Source: Mayamaea pseudoterrestris
Lineage: Eukaryota
Reading direction: 5' to 3'
Assembly: GCA_027923505.1 (NCBI GenBank)
Contig: BROI01000002.1
Location: 1,488,001-1,552,000 of the forward strand
DNA: 64,000 bases
Part shown: piece after piece, positions 10,036 through 21,007 of the stretch
Layout of the letters: each line of letters opens with the position of its first letter
Position numbering within the stretch: position 1 is the first letter of the stretch
Notes under the pieces: model-generated
Told to the model about the DNA's origin: nothing
Databases searched by the model: none
Seen by the model: the letters and a program-made list of their open reading frames with translations, nothing else
Translations under genes and position numbers: made by a program

Positions 10036-11322
10036 ATGAACACGACCACTCGTCGCAAGGGAATCTTCAAACTGCGGTATCTAATTGTGACGACGATTGT
10101 CATTGTTTTCGTGTACCTGCATCAGATTGAGAATCGAAGGTTGTCGTCGCAACCATGGGCTGCTGCAACGGATGATGTGCAGTTGCTTCAGGCAAAAGGA
10201 ATAGACATTAACGTTCCGGAGCAAGCTTTGACAAATAAAGTGACTGCTGAAAAGTCACGGTCTCTTGAATTATCCAACAGTTCCAGCTACGTTGCGCCGG
10301 CTACACTTTCATCGTCAATTGATCATTTACAAAACTTCGACCCATCCATTCCAGCACTGTGGACATGCAGCAACGAACACACTGACTCCAAGCGTCGCCG
10401 CCGCCACACCAAGGTTGTTTTTGTGCACGTCTTCAAGACTGCAGGATCATCCTTTCGCATGCTCTTTTTGAACTATGCGCAAAAATGCAAATTTGGCATC
10501 AGCATTGTGGCCCACTGCTCGGAACTTTCCACCGCGAGTATGCTCAACGGAACCGATTGGCGCAACAAGGATAACTCCAAATGTCGACACAAGACCATGG
10601 ATCGCAGGGGGCGTGGCGTCAAGGAGTTAGTGACGCGAAATGTCATGGACGAACATGTTGATATCGCCATTGGACACTTGCCGCTCGGAACGCAGTGGGG
10701 TTCGTCGATAGCGCAACTGGTGCCTCGCAGAAACGACGACTCGAATGACTTTATCCAGTACATTTGCTTCTTTCGATCGCCAGTGGAAAAATATGTCAGC
10801 GGCGTCATTTACTCGAACAAGCAATACAAGAGCTATCCAGCAACAGTAAAGGCTACTGTGAAACGCATCAAAACCTTTGTCACCAACGAAGTGAAACATG
10901 GCAAGTTTCGTGAGAGCTACAGTGCCTATCTGCTAACGCCCTGGGACAAAGACCAAAAGCCGCCAACTGTGGAAGAGCGGACGGAGCTGATAATACGAAA
11001 CATGGTGCAGTATCCGACCGTGATTGGCATTGTCGAAAAGATGGATTCATCGCTCGAGCTGATTCTTCATGTGGTTGACCAAGGCAATAAAGTGGCGAGC
11101 CTATTTCAGCAGGCCAGCGGCAATGGCGTTGTACTAAACAAGTCGAGAGGCGTCAGTACCAAGGAAGTGGTTGCTATACTACAGGCCGACACCGAGCTTT
11201 ATCCCATGCTGCAACTGTATCTTCAGTACGACGCAGCAGTCTACGAGTTTGCCATGCAACTGCATGATCGTCAATATGACTGGCTGCTGCAGCAACGACA
11301 AGTTGTAGCAACAGATGCATGA
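10036..11322 (+). CDS. Type II membrane sulfotransferase-family protein
   Basis: N-terminal TM anchor; 5'-PSB-like motif FVHVFKTAGSS and 3'-PB-like motif FFRSPVEKYVSG. Confidence 0.75.
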   Translation: MNTTTRRKGIFKLRYLIVTTIVIVFVYLHQIENRRLSSQPWAAATDDVQLLQAKGIDINVPEQALTNKVTAEKSRSLELSNSSSYVAPATLSSSIDHLQNFDPSIPALWTCSNEHTDSKRRRRHTKVVFVHVFKTAGSSFRMLFLNYAQKCKFGISIVAHCSELSTASMLNGTDWRNKDNSKCRHKTMDRRGRGVKELVTRNVMDEHVDIAIGHLPLGTQWGSSIAQLVPRRNDDSNDFIQYICFFRSPVEKYVSGVIYSNKQYKSYPATVKATVKRIKTFVTNEVKHGKFRESYSAYLLTPWDKDQKPPTVEERTELIIRNMVQYPTVIGIVEKMDSSLELILHVVDQGNKVASLFQQASGNGVVLNKSRGVSTKEVVAILQADTELYPMLQLYLQYDAAVYEFAMQLHDRQYDWLLQQRQVVATDA

Positions 11323-12006
11323 CGGTGAGTGGAGAAACGTCTTCACAACTACCGTAGTGTCTTGTTTGGGATGGGTGGTCAGTGTCCGGCCAGCTTGCGA
11401 ATTAAACATCAATCATTCCAATGGAAAAAGGTTAGTTCTAATTCAACCATAGTTAATTGCTTGTATCAATTAATCTTGTACCGCTAAATGAAAAAAGTTC
11501 ATCCAGCAACCACACAGATAGCTATGAAACCACGGGCCTGCTTGGCGGCAAACGGCATCGCCAAATTAAAGCCACGCGCAGGCACGCGCACAGTAATTCA
11601 CGATTCACACACGAATGATTCATGACTGAAAGGTATAGATAATCGACCGGTAGTCGAACCTATGCACCAAGGTTGCTCGGAACATTATTTGCGTGCGTGT
11701 ACATATATTCCAGCATGGGTGAGCTGATGCCGCCTACAAGAAGTGAACGAGCAAAAGCTGTTCCTTTTTCGTCGCCAAATGGTTCCTTGGCACATGATTA
11801 AAAGGAAAAAGCTTCCTACTCTTGACGCGAAATGAGTGCGCGCAATTAAGCACCAGGAACCTTGCATGGCAACTCATTCGTTCGTGTTCATTGCGCAAAC
11901 GTGGCAGTTCAACCGTTCATCCCGGATCGCATTTCCACTCGCTCACCTCTGCTCACAATTTTCAAAAAGATCCAAGTAACAAACATCCCAAACTAAAGAA
12001 GCAATC

Positions 12007-12558
12007 ATGATGAAGACCTTCTTGCTCAGCTTCCTTGTCCTCCTCGTCGCCACTGTCCAGGGAGAGCCCGCTCAAACCCGCTTCCTCCGTCGTCTTGATG
12101 CCACTGGCATTAGCGATGATGTTTGCATCGCGCTTGGCTCTACGTGCGATGAGGAAAATGATGACTGTTGCTCGGTTGATGGAACGTGCACCTTCGAATC
12201 GTACACGCCAAAGGTAAGGACTTACAGTCATTGTTCAATTTCAATAGTTATCTGGGTGTCCCGTTGGTCTCATATCTTGCAAATTCGAACTTTAATTGCT
12301 ACACAGTGCCGTCAATTCTTCCGTCTTGGTGGAGACTGTGACATTACCCCGCTCAACGAGTGTTGCCAAGCGATAATGGTTTGCAAAACTTGCAAGAGTG
12401 AAACGAAAAAGTGCGTGCAGGACGAGGATTGCTGCGACGATTTGGACTGCGTCTACTCGTCCAAGGCGGCCGGAAGCTTTGGCACTTGCCAGCCCGATAA
12501 CAGTCTCGACGGTGACAATGACAACATGGACGGTGTCACTGGCGACAGCAAAGACTAG
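12007..12558 (+). CDS. Small secreted cysteine-rich protein (in-frame intron 12214-12306)
   Basis: Signal peptide, 'LRRL' propeptide-like motif, repeated C-x6-C-x5/6-CC knottin-like units; GTAAGG...ACAG 93-nt intron. Confidence 0.7.
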   Translation: MMKTFLLSFLVLLVATVQGEPAQTRFLRRLDATGISDDVCIALGSTCDEENDDCCSVDGTCTFESYTPKVRTYSHCSISIVIWVSRWSHILQIRTLIATQCRQFFRLGGDCDITPLNECCQAIMVCKTCKSETKKCVQDEDCCDDLDCVYSSKAAGSFGTCQPDNSLDGDNDNMDGVTGDSKD

Positions 12559-12945
12559 TAGTTGCAAGGGCTTTTTGCCGACGTGGAGAATGCAAAAATC
12601 AAGCAATACTTGCAATAACTCTACTATTAGCATATTATATTGACGTTTAATACTTATTCTTTGCTTAGGATAGCCGCCGGGGGTATAATTCGTCGACTAC
12701 TAATATACCCGCGGAACTCCTGTGACTTGCCAAGTTCGTAACCTGGTGAGGAGCTCGAAAGGCGAGTCAAGTGTGGCTACTTGCAGCAACTTCAAAGTGA
12801 GCCAACGACAAAATAAGCTATGAATTCCATGAAGCAGAAAGAAGGCTCAGTTATCTTATTCCATATAGTTGGACCATATTATATTGCGGTTGTCTTGGGT
12901 GTGCACCGCAAGCAATTTTTTGAATAGGTAGCTTTTTGTCGCATC

Positions 12946-15900
12946 ATGACTCAAACACCTATGCGACATTCGTCTCGCAGCCAACCAAGCAACTTGCTCC
13001 CACGGAACATTTTTTCATTTCGACCTGAAGACGACCCTTGGAACAGACTGGTTCAAGACAACGAAAGCTTGTATAAAGAATCTAGAGTCTGTAACATCAT
13101 GATTGACGATGATATATCTCCATCCGTCGATGACTTTGGCGACATGCTCAAGCAGCTCACCATTAGTCGACGCGACCCGCGATCCATTCGCCTCGCCGCC
13201 GTTGCCTCGGCCTTGATGGATGTTTCCAACGAGAGCAATGCAACGGCAGTTTCGCCCAATCAAGTCTTTGCCAAGACGGTGACTGCTTTGGAAGGAACCT
13301 TGACAAATTTGAATGCATCCACTAGCAAGAACGTTTCGGACAATATAGCGACGCAGGTGGCGCTGTTGGAGCTACTTTCCTTGACCGTTCCCTGCCTCGC
13401 CAACGGCGCCATTGTGACCAGCACCTTGCCACTCACGGCGCGCGTGTTGAATGCACTCGTGGCCTTTGCCAGTCAGGCGGCGGTACTGGAAACCAAGGAT
13501 GAGCTGGGAGGCGTCAATGCACTGCTGCGATGGACGTGTCGCGCCGTCGCGCAAGTGTTGATCAAGATTCAACCGTCGGCGGATGCCAATTTGGTAAAAA
13601 AGCTGACCATGGAAACGCTATTGACGCTCATGAACGACAAGCGCCCAAAGGTGCGCAAGGAGGCGGCGTCTGGTGTGGCGCAAGTCTTGACCGCCGCGCA
13701 GTGCCACCAAAGCGTCCGCAAGGCAACCTTTCAGTATGCCCATGTCATGGCCAGCAATGTTCGCAAAACACCAAACGATCAGGCTGCATTGGTGGAAATT
13801 GTGCATTTGCTGTCGTTTCTGGAAACTGCAATTTTTACATTGCCAAACTACAGCAAGTTGCTGCAGGATGTGATGGAAGTCTTTGTCGTCTTGGTGCAAG
13901 TCGATGCATCCCACGCAACGACACTAGACTTTGCAGCAGTGGCAAAGGTGAAGGAAAGTACGCCAAAAATATTGGCCATCAATGCCGTCTTGGCGTTTGT
14001 CAATGCTGCTCTTCACGACGCGGACGAGACGCGAGCGGCGCCATTGAATGAGCTTGCTCCGCGCGTCTTGGCGAGCTTGCTGCAGGCCAAGGCCAGCTTG
14101 GTCTTTCGGGTTGGAGCTGCCGATCATGATTTACTGGAGCGCGGACAAACACTGTGGGGACAGTGCTTGCTGGCATCCTGCAGTCGAGTGGTTGACACCA
14201 AGCCCGAGATTGCGCTCAAGCTCCTGCCGCTGGCGTTGCAAGTGATTGTCAACTTGTCCAAGCCGACCGAATCGAACCACGAAGATTCATCCGTTGCGCA
14301 GGAGCTCATGGTTGGAACGACTCAGTTTTTTCGCCAAAGTCTAGTTAAACTCTTTGGGCAGCCAAAAGGTGACTTGACCAAGTGCTTGAGCGACTCTCTC
14401 GCCAATGTTGCTCACGTGACAGATCCACTGTATCGACCGACGTGGTCAGTGTCGTTGCGAGCGTTCGCTTTGCTGATTCAGCTTTCACACGAGCACATTG
14501 ATGTAAAGCAATATGTTGGGTCCCTACTTGCCTTGCGCAATCAAGCTCCGGCTGGATCGCCTTCGCAGCATGCAGTGGAGGAAGCCTTTGCGAGCTTGGT
14601 ACAGGGTGTGGGCATTGAGGTTTGCTGGGGATGGATTGACTGGCAGCCGCCACGCACCGATGGAAAGGTTGATATGGAGCAGTCATGGATTTTATCGAAA
14701 CTAAAGTTTGGCATGGCATCTGCGCAACCTGTAGCTCCGCGACTGGCCTTTTTCCAGTCGGACATTCTGGTTGCCGCTCGGGCGTACGACAAGATCGCAG
14801 CCACTGCGAAAAAGAATCGCGCTTTTCATCAAGCTCGAGTCGTTGATTTATGGGCGCTGTTTCCCTACTTTTGTACTGGACCTTGTGATATTGAGAAGTC
14901 ACTGGCATCCTTGACGGCAACGTGCGCTCGCGCCATGGAGGATGATCGGTACCCTCAGCTACTGGCAATTATATGTCATGGGTTTAAAAATCTCTCTGCG
15001 TCGCTCGAGATAATGCAACAGCAGAATGATTTTTCTGATGCAATCACCGCTGTTATGCAAGAGGCATCCACGAAACTCCTTCCTGCACTCTTCAAGTTAG
15101 TTACGACTGTACATCAGTCTTCAATGACTCAGGCGAATAAGGACGACGACAAAATGGACGTTGATGGAACCAGGGATAAGTCACCTACATCAGCCGCGTC
15201 TCTGGATCGTAATGTAATGGAAGCCATTTCCGCTCTCGCAAAAGTGACTCCCAAGGATTTTCTTCAGTCGTTGTTCAAGAAGCTGATGCACAAGTTGCTG
15301 GAAGAGATCCAATCAGACCCGTGTGATGATGACAAAATTTGCTCATACCTTTGCCTGTCACAGGCTCTTGTGGCATCGGTTGCACTGGAAACAACAGAGG
15401 TGTCGCTTTTGTATCGCGCCCTCAAGCCTTTGATTCGAACTGATGAGCACAAGGTGCGAGTTCAGAAGCGATCGTACAAGGTACTCTTTGAAATTTGTCA
15501 ATGCCACCATCCCTTTATCGCAAAGGCTGATACATTAGAGGAGCTTATTTCTTTGCTAACCGACTCAATTGCGACATCTCAAGTGTCAGCGAGGCACATG
15601 CGTTTAAAATGCATGGAAATTATTGTCAAAGGCTTCGACGAGGTTGGTGTGGAACAAGTTGTAAGTATTTGGACGCTCTTTATGATAAACTGGAACCGCG
15701 ACTCAGCTGTATCATCTTCTTTCGTTGCAGAGCCCTTTCTTTACAGCAACCCCTGAGATTCTTCTTTGTTTGAAAGACACGAATGCGAAGACTCGTTCGG
15801 AGGCAATGGATCTATTAATGGCGTTGGCATCCAAAGGTGGCATTGACCCTATTCTTCTGCACGTTACTGCGGCCCTCGGTGCACAGACGACCCACTTGCG

Positions 15901-16948
15901 GTCAGCTGCAGTGCTAGCACTCTCTCGCTTAGTTTTTGAATTTGCATGGGATAATGCACAGTTGCAGTTGAATCTTCCGTCCCTTCTAACGACAGTCCTT
16001 GTCTTAATTGACGCAAACTCAAGGGAAGTAATTAGAAGTGTAATCGGTTTTATTCGGGTCAGCGTTGCTGCCATACCACCCGAGCAGCTGGAGCCGCTAA
16101 TCCCTGAGTTGGTGGAGAGCTTGACTCGGTTTCATAAGCCGAAGAACCGTTTTCGCGCGAAGATCAAAATCATCCTGAAGAAATTAGTCAAGCTGTTTGG
16201 CTACGACGCACTAATGCCCTATGTACCGGAGAGCGAGTCGCGGTTGTTGACCCACATGCGCAAGGTTGGGGAGCGGGAGGCGAGGAAGAAGGAAGCAAAG
16301 AAGACAGCCAGGGAAGATGTCACCGACTTTGACGATTTGCTTGAATCCGACGAGGAAGATTCGGATGACGGACGCACGTTCACGTCAAGTACGACAAGAA
16401 AAACTGCTTTGTCCAACAAAAGTCGGCTTTCGGGAAAGACCAAGGGCTCAGCACTTTCGGAGGTTACGGGTCGAAAGGGATCTGCTGGCATACGGTTGCC
16501 AAGCGATGCTCATGGTGAGATTGTCGATATGCTGGGCGTCAAGCACACTAGACACGTTCAGTCTGCTGAAGACAAAATGACGGCAGACGATAGCGACTCT
16601 GACGGAGCTTTAGAATTTGATGATGATGGTCGACTTGTAGTGAGAGACGAATCTGAACCGTCGCCGGGCTTGGTGGAGAATCTGCCTGATGACAATCGCA
16701 GAAAGAGACCACGCCTCGATTCAAACGCGAGTAAGTCGCGTCAAGGCTCAAAGTCTCAAAAATCGAAGCAGCTTGGTTCCAATTACAAGGCGAAGAAGGC
16801 TGGAGGAGATGTGAAGCGAAAGGGCCAGACACTTGAACCTTACGCATATGTTCCACTAGATGGACGCCAGTATTCAAAGAAAAACAGGCATAACGCGGTG
16901 ACGCAAATGTCTTCCGTAGTGAGGAACGGAAGTAAGCGCAAGCGATAG
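12946..16948 (+). CDS. RRP12: RRP12-like ribosome biogenesis HEAT-repeat protein (intron 15661-15730)
   Basis: Motifs DKRPKVRK, LWALFPYFC, VQKRSYKVL, PEILLCLKD.N.KTR, SREVIRSVIGF and C-terminal KAKKAGGDVKRKG..EPYAY.PL. GTAAGT...TTGCAG intron joins the two ORFs in frame. The true start may be ATG 13099. Confidence 0.9.
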
Positions 16949-17048
16949 CCTGGGCAATATACTCACAGTCAGTTGCAGGTTGGGCAAGGCCGGAATCTAA
17001 GCTTAAAAAAACAAATATAAATTTCAGATGTTTATTATGACTCCTAAC

Positions 17049-20000
17049 TTACACTACTTCGCGCCCCTTCGGTAGCAAGCGCGACCGAGTTGTCTTGGGA
17101 GCTTTCCTTTTACTGGTATCTCGCGACTCCTGTAGTCGTTTCTTTTCCGATTCTTCGAGCTCCGACAATCTGCTGCTTTGACGTCGATTCTGAACAAAGT
17201 ACCAAACGAGGCCGGTTATCATAATGGCTGTGATGCTCAACCAAGCAACAGCGTTTACTACTATGGAGTTGTAAGGAGCGTCCTCTCCAACGTTTCCATC
17301 ATTCTCTTCCAGGTACTTGTCCCATGACGTTTCGATGTAAACATTGATGCCCATCAACACGGCATCAAATGTTCCGTGTAGCAACACTGCAGGTAGAATA
17401 ATGCGGCCAACACCAATACGATGCCCGTCATCTTCTGTCGTCTCCACAAATTTTCGTATCATGTTGATACTCTGCATAGCAGCTGCAAGTGCGTGGATGG
17501 GAAAGATGGATCGAAAGAACAACACAATCCATGCTTCGAGAATGTCACCCTTATGTTGGTCGTCTTCGCTCGTCGAGCCCAGTGCACCTCCAAGCACAAA
17601 TACATACAGGAAGTTTTCGGCGCAAGCGAGTCCAACTGCCACACTAATCATTCCGGTTGTGATAGCCATTGCCATCTGCCGGTATGATCTCATTTCGGGT
17701 TCCTCATCTTCAAAAGGCTCCCTTTCAGGTTCGTCTAGTAAAGCCTTACCCCTGCGTGATGCTCCTTTCCGCTTATTGTTTCGACTCGTGTGGCTGCGGT
17801 GCGACGATACCGAAGCGTCGTCACTCAGTTCCTTGTTGATTTCCTGTATATAGTTCGAGCTGAATGGATAGTTGACAATTCCGCCGTCGACGGCAGTTTC
17901 ACGGTGTTCGTCCAGGTGCAATCCAGTCAAAAACATTAAATCTGGATGCTCCACGGCGCGGAAGGTATAGTATTTGCAAAGCTCTTCGGTAATGGCCGCG
18001 ACGACGTAGGCATTGAACAGCTCTCCAAAGATCCATATAAGTCGCCAGTGATCAAACACCCACGTAGTGAAAGAGTCTCCAAGACTGGCCGTTAATAGCT
18101 CAAAGAGACCCCATGCTCCAAACAGAACAATGTTGACTAGCAACCCTTCGAAAAAGAATGCGGAAGGGACAGCAATCACAAAGCCAGCGGCAAATAATTT
18201 TATAACAGCATCGACACTGAGATCACTCTTGTGAAAAATCCAATGCACGATAAAGAGGACCAGAAAACTTTGAAGAAACGTTGCTGCCAGGACTACTGCA
18301 TCTTGCCAGGCAAATGCTGCTCGCGGGTTGAAGAGAAGCGTCGCAACAATCGCCAAGACAGATATAGTAAAGCACACCAAAATGTACCGGCTCAAACGAC
18401 TGAGAGCGCTCCAATGTGGCATAATTCCTCTCATCAGTTCGCTCTTGCCCATCCAACCGAGACGAAGATTGATGACATCCTTTTGGTACTCGTGAAAGGG
18501 CTGGTGCGTGATAAAGTCAATGCGCTGGTAGCGCGGAGGAATCAACAGACGCATTTCGCGTGCTTCCTGCGCCAAGGCACAGACAGATAGACACTGAAAC
18601 CAGCACTTGCATACCGCTCCGCAGCAAATGGCCATGAAACAATTAAAGCCACGTGCCACAATATCTTCATGAAAGCGTTTTGGCTTGCGCTGACCAATAC
18701 CAGTGTCTAGCACTTCCACCTGTTCAATCTTCTCCTTATCGTCCTTGCTCATATAGTCGACGGGGTAGCACCCGCATAGCGTATGCGAGCAGGCTCCCTC
18801 GTACTGATTCTCCCGCGTATCTTCAAAGTTGATTCGTCGGGCAGCACCAATTTGTGTAGACGCGTAAAACAAGTGATCCTCCTGCGCGCGCGATTTCACC
18901 AAGTAGAAGCGTGTCCGCATGCGTCGTCGGCGACCCAAGACGCCCAAAAAGAGTAAAAATGAAAAGAACAAGGCGATACGAATGTTGGAACCAAGGTCGC
19001 GCGGTTCCGCCTCTTCATCATCACTGTACGTTTGTTCCTGCCGTCGATGCCATGACATTTCCGGTCGCTGGCCGTTGCGATACCATTCATCCTTGACAAA
19101 GTCAATGACTGGATCCCAAACGCATTCCTGCGTATCACGAAGCTTGAAAACTCCGTTGGAGCGGCATGATTGCATGTGCGAATGCTCTTGTTGCTGTCGT
19201 CGTCGACCATTGTTGCCAACCAGCCGCCGATTGGAGTCATCGTCGGCCGCCGCAGCGTAATAGTCGTCACCGTTATTGTCTGCAGCATCATCATTTTGCT
19301 GCTGCGCGTCGTCGTTATTGTTGGCATCGTCTGCAGCAACGTTTCCATCATCGTTGATTGCTGCGTCTGCGCCGTCATCATTTTGAGCTGCGGCATCGTC
19401 ATTTGCTTGCACTGCACCAGCGGCATCATCGTTCGCATTTGACGAAGCATCGTCATCATTAGCATCGTTTCCATTATTATATGAATTCGACGAAGCGTCA
19501 TACTTATCGTCCGCATAGTAGTCGTACCCTTGCTCCGCGAGTGACGCTTGATTGGACGACCCAAAACCAAACACAATAAACGTTGAAAACATGAGCATGA
19601 TGGTAATGACCAAGCCATAGGCCACGATGCGACTCGGCAGCTTTTTTGTGCTATTTCCGACATTTTTGCCACTCGTGCCGCGCTTGTCTTGTCGCAGCTG
19701 CAGCAAATACTCGGTGCGATTCGACAAGAACAAGCCAAAGCAGCCGCAGGCGGCGCACACCAGCGGTTCATCCAGAAAGAGTGACTGAATGCTCGTGCTG
19801 AAACCGCGGTAGCGTAGAATCGTCTTGCTGCTGCTGCTGCTGGGAGATGTGTTGTCGTCATGTTCGTCATCCGAGTAAAAGGTGGTGGAGTTTGCCAAAC
19901 TTGCTTGTTGATTCTTGCTATTGAAACTGCCTCTCGATTTGTTCGCCATTCTAGTCGAGACGCGCGATTCGAACGAGTCATCTGAGTCGTTGCTGTAAAA

Positions 20001-20438
20001 GATGCGTTGCTTCGGTTGCTCGTCATGGGCGTAGCTGCTACTCTGGGGGCGTCGTTGCTGCGATGACGATTTTGGAGATTGACTTGCAACGACTCCATTC
20101 ACAGCAGCAACACTACTACCACTCCCTTTACTAGAGTCGCGTCGAAACAATGTCGAAATTTTGCCGGTCAACGTGTTGCCCGTTTTCAGTAGCTTGGGTG
20201 GTGACGTTAAATAGTTGGCAGTGGTAGTGGGCGACAGTGAAACACTCTGCATCATGGTGCCAAGCTCACTTTGCGCTGCTGCCAATGAGTCATCTGCTAC
20301 CAAGTCGTCGAGGGAGGGTGCAGTGTAGTTGATTGTCGGCTGATTCGTAGTGGCGTCGTCGTTAATCGCTGCTGCATTATTCGTCCTTTTTCCGGCGCGA
20401 GACCGTCTGGATGTATCGTTGGATGGAGATAATGACAT
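17049..20438 (-). CDS. Multi-pass membrane protein with PrsW-family glutamic intramembrane protease domain and Cys-rich PLAC8-like segments
   Basis: PrsW motifs EELCK, ACAENFLY, HALAA, LLHGTFD; Cys-rich CCGAVCKCWFQCLSVCALAQEARE; Asp/Asn-rich luminal repeats. Confidence 0.8.
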   Translation of the reverse strand: MSLSPSNDTSRRSRAGKRTNNAAAINDDATTNQPTINYTAPSLDDLVADDSLAAAQSELGTMMQSVSLSPTTTANYLTSPPKLLKTGNTLTGKISTLFRRDSSKGSGSSVAAVNGVVASQSPKSSSQQRRPQSSSYAHDEQPKQRIFYSNDSDDSFESRVSTRMANKSRGSFNSKNQQASLANSTTFYSDDEHDDNTSPSSSSSKTILRYRGFSTSIQSLFLDEPLVCAACGCFGLFLSNRTEYLLQLRQDKRGTSGKNVGNSTKKLPSRIVAYGLVITIMLMFSTFIVFGFGSSNQASLAEQGYDYYADDKYDASSNSYNNGNDANDDDASSNANDDAAGAVQANDDAAAQNDDGADAAINDDGNVAADDANNNDDAQQQNDDAADNNGDDYYAAAADDDSNRRLVGNNGRRRQQQEHSHMQSCRSNGVFKLRDTQECVWDPVIDFVKDEWYRNGQRPEMSWHRRQEQTYSDDEEAEPRDLGSNIRIALFFSFLLFLGVLGRRRRMRTRFYLVKSRAQEDHLFYASTQIGAARRINFEDTRENQYEGACSHTLCGCYPVDYMSKDDKEKIEQVEVLDTGIGQRKPKRFHEDIVARGFNCFMAICCGAVCKCWFQCLSVCALAQEAREMRLLIPPRYQRIDFITHQPFHEYQKDVINLRLGWMGKSELMRGIMPHWSALSRLSRYILVCFTISVLAIVATLLFNPRAAFAWQDAVVLAATFLQSFLVLFIVHWIFHKSDLSVDAVIKLFAAGFVIAVPSAFFFEGLLVNIVLFGAWGLFELLTASLGDSFTTWVFDHWRLIWIFGELFNAYVVAAITEELCKYYTFRAVEHPDLMFLTGLHLDEHRETAVDGGIVNYPFSSNYIQEINKELSDDASVSSHRSHTSRNNKRKGASRRGKALLDEPEREPFEDEEPEMRSYRQMAMAITTGMISVAVGLACAENFLYVFVLGGALGSTSEDDQHKGDILEAWIVLFFRSIFPIHALAAAMQSINMIRKFVETTEDDGHRIGVGRIILPAVLLHGTFDAVLMGINVYIETSWDKYLEENDGNVGEDAPYNSIVVNAVAWLSITAIMITGLVWYFVQNRRQSSRLSELEESEKKRLQESRDTSKRKAPKTTRSRLLPKGREVV

Positions 20439-21007
20439 GATTCTGTCAGTCTTTCGCTATGCGTACATGCAGGATTTCTAGTTTGTAGCCTTGGTCTACC
20501 AGTATTATTATTAATTTCCTGGCGTCTTTGTCAAGAGATTCGAGCTATATTTTGGCATGCATTGGCCATTATCGTCATGGTGATGTTGCTTGCAGCGCAC
20601 GCTGGCGCGCCAACCGTTGAAAGCCTCTAACCGCGAAACGTGCTTCTGTCGTACCACCAACCATGACGTCATGCCACGCACGAGCGCCACTAACTTGGGT
20701 GTCGCAGCTTGACGGCGGCGCGACCATGGGAAGGCACTTGGCCCTTGAGACGCTCACACCTTCCAGCACTTTTACCAAGACTTGCTTGAATCTTCATTGC
20801 TGTTACAAATCAGTAGTAGCAAGAAAATAACGCTTGACAAGCAAATTAAACGTTATTGCTGTTCGCTCCAAGCGAAGATTATTACCAATCAATTCAGCGA
20901 GGCAAGCCCGTGTGCTCCTGGATTTTCACAGTCCGCATCGGAGGGACCATTTATCAATTACTGGGCTTTGCAAAATTAAAATCTATTAAAACGCAATCGA
21001 TTCAGTC

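Noticed and set aside
18896..20098. 400-aa alternate-frame ORF inside the PrsW gene
   Set aside because: Out-of-frame reading of GAT/GAC/AAC repeats giving Met/Thr-rich nonsense.
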